This document shows, in pieces, positions 26,738 through 34,863 of a DNA stretch of 64,000 nucleotides. The stretch's first letter is position 1, and the number at the start of each line of letters is the position of its first letter. The stretch lies in sequence record PZ357121.2; one strand, 5' to 3'. Origin of the DNA: a phage. The translations under genes were made by a program, and so were the position numbers. Under the pieces are notes generated by a model. It was not told where the DNA came from. It saw only the letters and a program-made list of their open reading frames with translations, and made no database searches.

Positions 26738-26929
26738 TTATCCTCTGAAATCAGCTTCGAAAACTTTCTCGTCATTAACAAATGCTTTAACTAATGCGTT
26801 GTTCACTTCAGCAAGTTGTACCGCAACCCACTCGATTTCTTCACGGTCGCCTGATAACATGATATCTTTAGTGAACGTATTATCATTTTTAAACCAGCCA
26901 ATAAAAGTAACTTTAGTTAATTTGCTCAT
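26738..26929 (-). CDS. hypothetical protein (63 aa)
   Basis: ATG overlapping upstream stop (ATGA); track ORF extends to 26950. Confidence 0.45.
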   Translation of the reverse strand: MSKLTKVTFIGWFKNDNTFTKDIMLSGDREEIEWVAVQLAEVNNALVKAFVNDEKVFEADFRG

Positions 26930-27243
26930 ATTTCCTCGCAAAATGCCCATTCAGCGTGATAAACTGTAGCACCTTTAGTATTATTCATTTGAACTACATC
27001 TACCGGAGAAATTACTCGATAGAGACGTGGTTCACCTCCATAAGAGCGTGCTGCTCGTCCTGCATAAATCTTTGCTAAACCGATATCTTCGGTAAAGAAT
27101 ACACGATCCAAGTTTTTCTTACGTCCTGTTTCAGACAGAACTCCTGTTTCTTCAGGAGGACAAAGCATGTTTTCGATGTTAGCTGAACTACTTGAACCGT
27201 GATAAAAAATCTTAAATTCTGCTTTACAATCGATGGTTTTCAT
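26926..27243 (-). CDS. hypothetical protein (105 aa)
   Basis: ATG ORF with GGAG SD. Confidence 0.55.
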   Translation of the reverse strand: MKTIDCKAEFKIFYHGSSSSANIENMLCPPEETGVLSETGRKKNLDRVFFTEDIGLAKIYAGRAARSYGGEPRLYRVISPVDVVQMNNTKGATVYHAEWAFCEEI

Positions 27244-27269
27244 TTTGTTCTCCAGTAGTTGATAGGTCT

Positions 27270-27298
27270 ATAATAACACAACTACTGGAGAAGTAAAC
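27270..27298 (-). promoter_or_regulatory. T4-type early promoter (-35 GTTTAC, 17 nt, -10 TATTAT) inside a 12-bp perfect inverted repeat
   Basis: CTCCAGTAGTTG / CAACTACTGGAG brackets the -10; downstream arm includes the GGAG SD. Confidence 0.6.
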
Positions 27299-27673
27299 TT
27301 AAAAACGTAATTTAGATATATCTGCGTTGATTTCGTTTTGGTTTGCGTCGTATGCAATTAAACGAACCGCTTTAGATGGGTCATTCAATGCATAGAAATG
27401 ATGGAACATTGCTCGAACGATATCACCATTTACGAGTTCTACCTGGACAGGAGAACCTTTTTCGAGTTGGAAATGTTCATAAGCTTTGATGGTTCGCAGA
27501 TAATCAAGTTTTTGATTTCCGGCTCCAACAATTTGTACGATACGTTTGCCCATGTTTTCCATACGAGATACAATAGTTTTAGGAGCAAGAATAACGTAGG
27601 TTGCCAGCGGAGAAACTACTTCAACAGTTGTGTTTTCGGTGATTGCAGTAAAAATTGCTTGAGACATATTCAT
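27299..27673 (-). CDS. hypothetical protein (124 aa)
   Basis: ATG ORF. Confidence 0.6.
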   Translation of the reverse strand: MNMSQAIFTAITENTTVEVVSPLATYVILAPKTIVSRMENMGKRIVQIVGAGNQKLDYLRTIKAYEHFQLEKGSPVQVELVNGDIVRAMFHHFYALNDPSKAVRLIAYDANQNEINADISKLRF

Positions 27674-27702
27674 AATGTTTTCCTCTTGGTTTGTGTAAGT
27701 AC

Positions 27703-27732
27703 ATCATATCATGCCTAGAGGAAGATGTAAAC
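27703..27732 (-). promoter_or_regulatory. T4-type early promoter (-35 GTTTAC, 18 nt, -10 TATGAT)
   Basis: Minus strand motif immediately after the gene 41 terminator hairpin. Confidence 0.5.
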
Positions 27733-27739
27733 CCCGAAA

Positions 27740-27756
27740 GGAGACCGAAGGTCTCC
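27740..27756 (-). terminator. terminator-like hairpin downstream of gene 41
   Basis: GGAGAC-CGAAG-GTCTCC hairpin; T-rich on both sides. Confidence 0.5.
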
Positions 27757-27762
27757 TTTTTA

Positions 27763-29205
27763 TTAAAATTTTAACTCATTGGCTAAGCTATCTAGGTCAG
27801 CACGTGTTGCTTTGGCTTTACCTACGCGTTCCGTACGATTCACCTCTGCCTGACGCATCTGAGCACCTGCGTTTTCATTTACTGTGTTAGGTGTGTTCAT
27901 GCCTTCTTGCTCAATCTCAATCCATTTCTGGTTGCCTTTGCGTACACCCATAAGGAATTTATTCCACTTATTTTTATCACCATATCGTGATTTGATTTGT
28001 TTGATAAGTTGTTGTTCAGCTTGTGCAAGTTCTTCGGTTTCAATTACAGCCAACATGAAATCTGCCGTTGCTGGTAAACCTGCTGATTCTGCAATATCAC
28101 TCATGTTCATATCCGAAGCATCCCATGCTGCACGTCCTACTTGAGCTGCAGTCCATAGAACTGTTTCAGATTCTACTGCTAATGCACGAAGTTCTTCTGC
28201 GATAGCTTTAACTAATGTGTAGCTATTTTCAGTGTAAACTCTGATACGACAAGACCCACAAATACCTAAGTAATCAACCATGATTACAGACGGCACAAAG
28301 TTCTTCTTAAGTTTTAACTCATTAAGCAATGCACGGAATGTATTAGCATTAGCTCCACCAGTAGGATACTGCTTAACTACTAAACGTCCTAATGTGGATT
28401 TTGAACGCCATTTTTCCATCTTGGCTTTATATTCAGCATAAGATACGTTACCATCATCGATATCGTCGAGCGATACGTCAAGCATGTTTGCATCTATACG
28501 CTTAGCACAAACTTCTTCAGCCATTTCCATAGAAATATAAAGAACATTATGACCTGTTTGAAGATAATCTGCAGCAAGTGAACAAAGGCCTAAAGATTTA
28601 CCAACGTTAACGCCTGCCATTAAAACGTTTAGTGTACCGGTTTCAGCACCACCTTTAGTGATTTTATTCAGAATGTTTAATTTGAACGGGACCTTACGTG
28701 CTTTGTTCAGATAAGAAAGCCAGCGTGCTTCATAGTCTTCCATCCAGTCGTGTCCAACATAACTATCAAACGAAATTGAAAGTGCTTGACGCATAATATC
28801 AGGAATAGCTCCTACGTCAGGCATTTTCTTGTTACGTTGTTCTGGAGGTAGTTCAGCATTAGACTGAATCTCAATGATTTTGGACGTAGCGTTATACATC
28901 GCTTTTTGCTGGACATATTTCTCAGTTTCTTTAACCAACCATTCGTGGTCTTCAGGAGTATCAGCCAATTTTTCAATTAGGTCTGAAGTTCCTTTATATT
29001 CGGCTTCAGTTAAAGAACTGTTATCTAAAGCCACCTTTAACGCATTGATAGATGGCATTGCATTATATTCGTTAACGTGGCTCTTTATAATTTTAAAGAC
29101 GTTTTTTGCCGGTCCACGCTCAAAATACTCAGAATCCATATAAGGCCAGACCTTAGAAAAATAAGCCTGGTCATATACTAGATGAGACAAAATAATTTCT
29201 ACCAC
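27763..29205 (-). CDS. 41: replicative DNA helicase gp41 (DnaB-like, 480 aa), GTG start
   Basis: ORF MVEIILSHLVYDQAYF... matches recalled T4 gp41; start codon is GTG preceded by AAGGAG SD. Confidence 0.9.
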   Translation of the reverse strand: MVEIILSHLVYDQAYFSKVWPYMDSEYFERGPAKNVFKIIKSHVNEYNAMPSINALKVALDNSSLTEAEYKGTSDLIEKLADTPEDHEWLVKETEKYVQQKAMYNATSKIIEIQSNAELPPEQRNKKMPDVGAIPDIMRQALSISFDSYVGHDWMEDYEARWLSYLNKARKVPFKLNILNKITKGGAETGTLNVLMAGVNVGKSLGLCSLAADYLQTGHNVLYISMEMAEEVCAKRIDANMLDVSLDDIDDGNVSYAEYKAKMEKWRSKSTLGRLVVKQYPTGGANANTFRALLNELKLKKNFVPSVIMVDYLGICGSCRIRVYTENSYTLVKAIAEELRALAVESETVLWTAAQVGRAAWDASDMNMSDIAESAGLPATADFMLAVIETEELAQAEQQLIKQIKSRYGDKNKWNKFLMGVRKGNQKWIEIEQEGMNTPNTVNENAGAQMRQAEVNRTERVGKAKATRADLDSLANELKF

Positions 29206-29214
29206 GATAACTCC

Positions 29215-29556
29215 TTAAAAGAATTTAAATTTTTTCTTGGTCCGTTCATTAAAAGCTTGTTGTACTTGCATTGTAACACATTTTTCAACATGTGGTGCAA
29301 GTTCTGCTTTTCTGTCCTGGTCAAGAACTGCAAAGTCCATTACGATTTTACCATCAACCCAGTCTAGTTTTGTAATATAGACTATATGATGAGAACCATC
29401 TTCAAGTGTAATCAGAATCTCTTGAATGACATTTTCCATTGCTGAACGGATAATTTTAAGAGATTCATTAAACACTCGTTCTTTGCGAATGTCTTCCCCT
29501 TCCGAAGAAGGGGATTCATCAACGATTTCTAGATTTAAATCATCGAGATTATTCAT
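29215..29556 (-). CDS. 40: gp40-like protein (113 aa)
   Basis: ATG at 29556, 2 nt after uvsX stop (track start is TTG); position uvsX-40-41 and size as T4 gp40. Confidence 0.6.
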   Translation of the reverse strand: MNNLDDLNLEIVDESPSSEGEDIRKERVFNESLKIIRSAMENVIQEILITLEDGSHHIVYITKLDWVDGKIVMDFAVLDQDRKAELAPHVEKCVTMQVQQAFNERTKKKFKFF

Positions 29557-30721
29557 CGAAATCTTCCATTTCGTCAAGGTCGTTTTCTATATCTGCTGCA
29601 GACGGAGCATCAGAAGTTTTAACCGGAACTTTAGTTGTTGCTTTGCAATTAATAAGGTCGTTAACAGCGTCATCAACTTCTTTAATAGAAGAGATAGCAC
29701 CTAGTTTATATTTAGTTTCAATTGCATCTCGGAAAGGTTTGTGTTTAAACAACGGTCCCCAGAATTCTACACAATCAGTAGCTTTAGCACGCCATGATTT
29801 TTCTTCACGAATCATTTCGCCTGTTTCTTCGTCAAGGAATTCTCGAGCATACCACCCGGCTTTAGGCTTAACTACAAAACCAATTTCAGTTGCCATTTCT
29901 AACAAGCCACTGAATGGGTCAATACCACCATCGAAATTAACCGTGATTGGGAAAGTAGATTTTTCTTTAACGGTGCGAGATTTTTCTGCTTTCAACGTGA
30001 AGTCATAACCGGTCAATTCTGTACCTTCTTTAACCTGACGTTTAGAGATAAAGAATACAGTGTTAGCAGAGTAAAGAATACCTGTACCACCACCCATAAT
30101 CTCTTTAGGATACAATCCGCCGATTTCCATTGCTGTATGGTTGATTGCAACACATGGAATATCTTTAATAGTCAGATAAGGAGTCACAATGCGGAACAGA
30201 GATTTAAGTGCCTTAGCACGAGACATATCACCTACAACTTTCTCGTTCAATGCATCTTCAGTTTCTTTCTTAGATGCAGTATTACCGATTGAATCGATAA
30301 AGATAATAACTTTATCACCGCGTTCAATCGCGTCAAGCTGATTAGTCATATCAACTTTAAGTTGTTCGACAGATTGAATCGGAGTATGAACTACACGGTC
30401 TAAATCAACACCCATTGAACGAAAATAAGATTCTGAAGCACCAAATTCCGAATCATAGAACAAACAAATTGCATCTTTATATTTCTTCATATATGCTGCA
30501 ACCATGGTCAGTCCAAACAACGTTTTAAAGTGTTTAGAAGGAGCAGCAAAAATAGTTAAGCCTGATTGCAACCCAGCATTCAGTGCACCACCTAATGCAA
30601 TATTCAACATCGGAATACGAGTAGGGACTTCATCACGATTATTAAACAGCTTAGACTTAGTCAAGTCTGCAGTCATTTTAGAAGTAGAAGCTTTAATCAG
30701 ACGAGATTTTAAATCAGACAT
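29549..30721 (-). CDS. uvsX: UvsX recombinase (RecA-like, 390 aa)
   Basis: ATG ORF; MSDLKSRLIKASTSK... and RecA-fold motifs match recalled T4 UvsX. Confidence 0.95.
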   Translation of the reverse strand: MSDLKSRLIKASTSKMTADLTKSKLFNNRDEVPTRIPMLNIALGGALNAGLQSGLTIFAAPSKHFKTLFGLTMVAAYMKKYKDAICLFYDSEFGASESYFRSMGVDLDRVVHTPIQSVEQLKVDMTNQLDAIERGDKVIIFIDSIGNTASKKETEDALNEKVVGDMSRAKALKSLFRIVTPYLTIKDIPCVAINHTAMEIGGLYPKEIMGGGTGILYSANTVFFISKRQVKEGTELTGYDFTLKAEKSRTVKEKSTFPITVNFDGGIDPFSGLLEMATEIGFVVKPKAGWYAREFLDEETGEMIREEKSWRAKATDCVEFWGPLFKHKPFRDAIETKYKLGAISSIKEVDDAVNDLINCKATTKVPVKTSDAPSAADIENDLDEMEDFDE

Positions 30722-30820
30722 TGTATTTTTCCATAGGCATCATTATATTTTACTCATGTTTAAAAGATAAGACGATTATATACTAAGGGTTATACAGCAT
30801 TTAAAACTTTAAACAGGCTC

Positions 30821-31369
30821 TTAACGAGCCCATTTGATAATTTCTGTAATCAAATTATTACGTTCGCTTGCATTAAATCCTATAACTTTGTTAGCACCAT
30901 CATGATTAAGTAATTGATACGTTTGGATTTCGTTATGAATTGCAAACTCTTCAAAATACGAAATGACTGTATTAAACCTGAATGAAGACAAAGTAATAAG
31001 GTCGTCTTCAAAACTTTCAGTCATTTCGTTACGTGTTAAAATAATTGTGAACACATCATGGTTTTGGCAAAGACGAACATAATCCTGTTCATAAACGTCA
31101 AGAACCGAGTCCGCATCTTGTCGAATACGTCCATAAACCCAGTTACTAATATATCCACGGTCTAACAGATAAATCTTAGTAGGGTCTAAATAATTCAACA
31201 TCGTTTCGAAACAGCCAACTTCATTTCGAGACTTAACATCGAAACGTCCATCAACTGTTCGTTTAGGGAAATCAATCTTTACATATCTTTCACTAATTTC
31301 CATTATGTCATTAATGAAAGTTGTTTTACCAGCATTATCCGGGCCATCTACTAAAATAATTTTAGCCAT
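30821..31369 (-). CDS. P-loop nucleotide kinase, thymidylate-kinase-like (182 aa)
   Basis: ATG ORF; Walker A VDGPDNAGKTT and LLDRGY (DRY-type) motif typical of Tmk-like dNMP kinases. Confidence 0.65.
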   Translation of the reverse strand: MAKIILVDGPDNAGKTTFINDIMEISERYVKIDFPKRTVDGRFDVKSRNEVGCFETMLNYLDPTKIYLLDRGYISNWVYGRIRQDADSVLDVYEQDYVRLCQNHDVFTIILTRNEMTESFEDDLITLSSFRFNTVISYFEEFAIHNEIQTYQLLNHDGANKVIGFNASERNNLITEIIKWAR

Positions 31370-31370
31370 T

Positions 31371-32270
31371 TTATTCCTCGATTACGACATCTTCATATTT
31401 AGGTATATTATACGGCGAAGAAATTAAAGCATTAAAGTAGATGAACTCGCCAAGACCTGGATGGAATACTTCTTCAGGATTTTCGAAGTATTGAATCTTC
31501 GGACGTCCTTTAAGAATTTGATAGTACTCAGTTTTAGTTGGTTTAAAAATTCGAATCAGCGCTTCTTCAGGATACTTATTTCTGTCGAAGCTATTATTTG
31601 GATCGGTTATATAAAGCGGTTGACCTAATTGAATTGCACATTCAACCACTTGTTCAAAACGATAGCACGGGTCACTAATTCGAAATGGATGAAAAATACC
31701 ATCTAGATGAATAGGAGCCAAATCACCTACAAGACGCTGCATGATGGAAGGACGTATAACTTTCTGCGTTACGATAATCTTATTACCATCTGCACCTGCG
31801 TTAACCAGCACTTCTTTTTGACGTTCATTCAACACAGTAGTTTGAAGTGAACGATTAACAGACAACATGTCGGTTTTTAAGAATTCGTCAATATAAAAAC
31901 GTGGTTTATTAGGGTCTGCAGTGATATTGAAATTGAATTCTACGTCAAAATTGCCGTCATATCCAGTGATATCTGTGATTAGAAAATCACAATCATAATA
32001 ATCAATTAATGAATCAACCACAAATTCATTTTCAGACCAGAAATATTTACGAGTGTTATATGCGTTATCTTTATACCATAATGGAACAAACTTAAATTCT
32101 GGGAAAAGACGTTCGCATTCTTTAATATCAGATGCATTACGTGGATATGTAATCACATCACCCGGATTAGCACGGTGCAAATGAAGTTGGAAGTTGCCAT
32201 CCTTAAGGATAGCATACTGTCCAGTTTCATAAGACCGCATACTCAAGATAGGTACGCGGAAAATAGCCAT
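31371..32270 (-). CDS. hypothetical protein (299 aa) at the beta-gt locus
   Basis: ATG ORF between uvsX and gene 42 where T4 has beta-glucosyltransferase; no motif recognised. Confidence 0.6.
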   Translation of the reverse strand: MAIFRVPILSMRSYETGQYAILKDGNFQLHLHRANPGDVITYPRNASDIKECERLFPEFKFVPLWYKDNAYNTRKYFWSENEFVVDSLIDYYDCDFLITDITGYDGNFDVEFNFNITADPNKPRFYIDEFLKTDMLSVNRSLQTTVLNERQKEVLVNAGADGNKIIVTQKVIRPSIMQRLVGDLAPIHLDGIFHPFRISDPCYRFEQVVECAIQLGQPLYITDPNNSFDRNKYPEEALIRIFKPTKTEYYQILKGRPKIQYFENPEEVFHPGLGEFIYFNALISSPYNIPKYEDVVIEE

Positions 32271-32986
32271 TAGTCAAGGAATCCTTTAACATAATCAAAA
32301 TCACGGTCAAACACATGGGCACTTACCATGGTATGAGTATAATCACCAACTTCTACACCACATTCTTTAGCGATATAATGAAGTAATTTTCCTTGGAGAT
32401 AAAAATCCAACTGCATAACAACAGCACAGTTCTGAGAACGCATATGACAGTGGGTATAAAGCTTACCATCACGAATATAATAAGTCACTGAGTCAGTACA
32501 TGGATATTCAAGTGTTTCGTCCGAATCAAGCAAAGCCTGATCTGAACTTTCAAGAATTTGAAACACAACTCTTCGTGAATTAGGTTTCTCTTTAAGTTCT
32601 TTGAGAAGAGCTGGTAACTGGGCCGCAATTCGTGGACCATAGAAAGTGTTGAAGTTTGCAGGCAAAGCGTCTGATTTAGGTTTAGAAATAAATTTAGCAA
32701 CGTTAGGATATGCCTTAAATGCTTCTTCTGCGTCGGTACCACCAGAAATCATAAATTTCCAGAAGTCTTCGGCATATTCATAAGAGATGCGGTTAATACG
32801 TGGGTCGGTCATTTTGAATGATGATGGAGTGTCAACAACTACTGTCATAGACCCAATTTCATTACAACGTCCAATACGAGAATCAGTTACGAATTCCGGG
32901 TTTTCTAAAATTTCACGATTGACTGCTTTAAATGCGGATTGAAAATCTGCGGCTTTGATATATTTCATTGTGTTATGTTTTCCCAT
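32270..32986 (-). CDS. 42: deoxypyrimidylate hydroxymethylase, gp42-like (238 aa)
   Basis: ATG ORF with GAGGT SD; catalytic-site region EYPCTDSVTYYIRDGKLYTHCHMRSQN resembles the CT(N/D)xVQYxIRD...MRSND core of T4 dCMP hydroxymethylase; divergent elsewhere. Confidence 0.7.
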   Translation of the reverse strand: MGKHNTMKYIKAADFQSAFKAVNREILENPEFVTDSRIGRCNEIGSMTVVVDTPSSFKMTDPRINRISYEYAEDFWKFMISGGTDAEEAFKAYPNVAKFISKPKSDALPANFNTFYGPRIAAQLPALLKELKEKPNSRRVVFQILESSDQALLDSDETLEYPCTDSVTYYIRDGKLYTHCHMRSQNCAVVMQLDFYLQGKLLHYIAKECGVEVGDYTHTMVSAHVFDRDFDYVKGFLD

Positions 32987-33091
32987 GTTTACCTCAATAC
33001 AGTTATTATATACTCAATTCATAAAGCTTATTTGAATTTCTTAGCGATGTTGATATAACGTAAAGCTTCAGCATCGATACTTCCAAGAACA

Positions 33092-33265
33092 CTATGAAGA
33101 AATGCATCAGCGTAGTATTCTAGTTGAACAGGTTTTAATCACTTTAGCCGCTTTAGTTTCAAACAGGCCCTTATGGGCCTTTTTAAGAATTTGTTCGTTG
33201 CTGTTAATTTTCGTAGTCAAAATCTCTTCGTTAAGTTGGTGGTTAAAAGTTTTTCTAGAAATCAT
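33092..33265 (-). CDS. hypothetical protein (57 aa)
   Basis: ORF below cutoff; ATG overlaps upstream TGA (ATGA coupling). Confidence 0.4.
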
Positions 33266-34422
33266 TCTGGGTACCTCAAAGCGTCGTCAGAGTTAGTTAT
33301 ATCAATAATAGATATAGAATTTTCTGATAACCCATTTTTAGATAACTGACGTTTATAATATCTTTCACAATATGTACACGTCGTCCCGCAGATTTCATTA
33401 GCACAATCGAAATCTGGATGTTTGAACCACCTTTTTTCTAAAAAGCCATCTAACAAAGAGGTTTCAATATTTACCGTATGTGAAAACTCAGTTTCGTTTT
33501 CAAGAGTGAAAATGGTCTCTAAAGGCTTCCACAATTCCAACAAATTACCTTCAAATTTTTCAGAAGCATAAGCTTCAAGAACTTTCAAAATGTAGTCTGT
33601 GCTACCTGTACGTCCCGAAACTTTAAATTGGGTGATACCAATATCGTTATAAAGTTTCAAATCTTGTGGACGAACAAAACGAGTTCTCAACCAGTTAAAT
33701 GGGTCTGTATCACGAGCTTTAATACAGTGCTGCATTGGATATCCATTTAAGGATTTGGCATCATCTACTGTAACATCGGTGCTATGGAAAATATAGCAAG
33801 AGTCACGATAACTACAATGTGTTGTATACCCTTTACCAGCATTAGAACAGAACTCATTTACAAGAACTTCAAATATTATATTGTTCTTATTGCAAAACTC
33901 TGCTGCACGCTTCAGGAAAGAAACTGAACGGTTCTTATGAATTCCACAGCAGACCTTTTTGATATTATATTGGTCATGCAAGTATTTGATTTGAGTTACA
34001 GCATCGACATGTAGAATTGTTGAAACTTCAATCTCAATGTCTTTATTGACTTCACGAACAATTTCCATAACAACAGGGTTAGCGATAGTAATACGCCATA
34101 CGCCTATTGACCAAAGATACTGAACATAATCCTGAATAGCTTTCTTCTTCCACTCAACTAGTTCTCTTTTTGAACCAGGATTTATCGTGTTGAGTGTATA
34201 GTTAAAGCAAATACCTAATTCGTTACAACGTTTAACGTAATCTTCTAACATCTTTTTGTCAACGTCGGGAAGCCTAAAATCAGGTCTGGCTGCTACAAAA
34301 GCCATTTCTCTTGTAGAGCCGTATACTTCGTTTATCAAGCTATTAGGATAAGTTTTATTGAGCTCTACGATTTTATCAAGAAGAGCTAAATCAAAATTCG
34401 TTCCGATTTTAAAGGTATTCAT
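33262..34422 (-). CDS. hypothetical protein (386 aa) with C-terminal Cys cluster
   Basis: ATG ORF; C-terminus CANEICGTTCTYCERYY (Cx4Cx3Cx2C); no family recognised. Confidence 0.65.
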   Translation of the reverse strand: MNTFKIGTNFDLALLDKIVELNKTYPNSLINEVYGSTREMAFVAARPDFRLPDVDKKMLEDYVKRCNELGICFNYTLNTINPGSKRELVEWKKKAIQDYVQYLWSIGVWRITIANPVVMEIVREVNKDIEIEVSTILHVDAVTQIKYLHDQYNIKKVCCGIHKNRSVSFLKRAAEFCNKNNIIFEVLVNEFCSNAGKGYTTHCSYRDSCYIFHSTDVTVDDAKSLNGYPMQHCIKARDTDPFNWLRTRFVRPQDLKLYNDIGITQFKVSGRTGSTDYILKVLEAYASEKFEGNLLELWKPLETIFTLENETEFSHTVNIETSLLDGFLEKRWFKHPDFDCANEICGTTCTYCERYYKRQLSKNGLSENSISIIDITNSDDALRYPE

Positions 34423-34476
34423 TTTTGCATCTCGCGTTAATTGTTGCGATGGTTTTTGCAGGTCTTACTTAAATTA

Positions 34477-34863
34477 TTATAGATTCGGTTTATATGATTT
34501 AAATGTTTCGAATTCGCCTTTATTCATAAGAGCTTTGAATTCGTCAGGACGCATAGCTTTGTCGTCGATAATCCAATCATATACTGGTTTATGTGTTAGC
34601 AAATTATGGTACTTCAATCCAATGTTTGCCAAGTTCTGAATCAGACTTGGGAGAATGTCAATTGCTATACGACCAGGACCGACTGACTTCATACCGCGAG
34701 CAGTGTAAAGCGTTATGGTATGCCCTGCATCATACAGGGCATTAATGGCAGACACCATTTCGACGTCTGGTTTGAAGTTCACGTAATCACGATTGTTATT
34801 CCACTCTGTTATACAATCATCGACATCAAAACAAAGATTAAGCATGTTTTCTACACGGTGCAT
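34477..34863 (-). CDS. HAD-superfamily phosphatase (128 aa)
   Basis: Motif I FDVDDCIT (DxDxT) near N-terminus; start at 34863 overlaps upstream TAA (alternative ATGs at 34878 and 34845). Confidence 0.65.
   Translation of the reverse strand: MHRVENMLNLCFDVDDCITEWNNNRDYVNFKPDVEMVSAINALYDAGHTITLYTARGMKSVGPGRIAIDILPSLIQNLANIGLKYHNLLTHKPVYDWIIDDKAMRPDEFKALMNKGEFETFKSYKPNL

Noticed and set aside
33180-33200. Plus-strand terminator-like hairpin GGCCCTTATGGGCC followed by TTTTT
   Set aside because: Lies inside a minus-strand small ORF and no plus-strand gene ends nearby; may be coincidental or terminate antisense transcription
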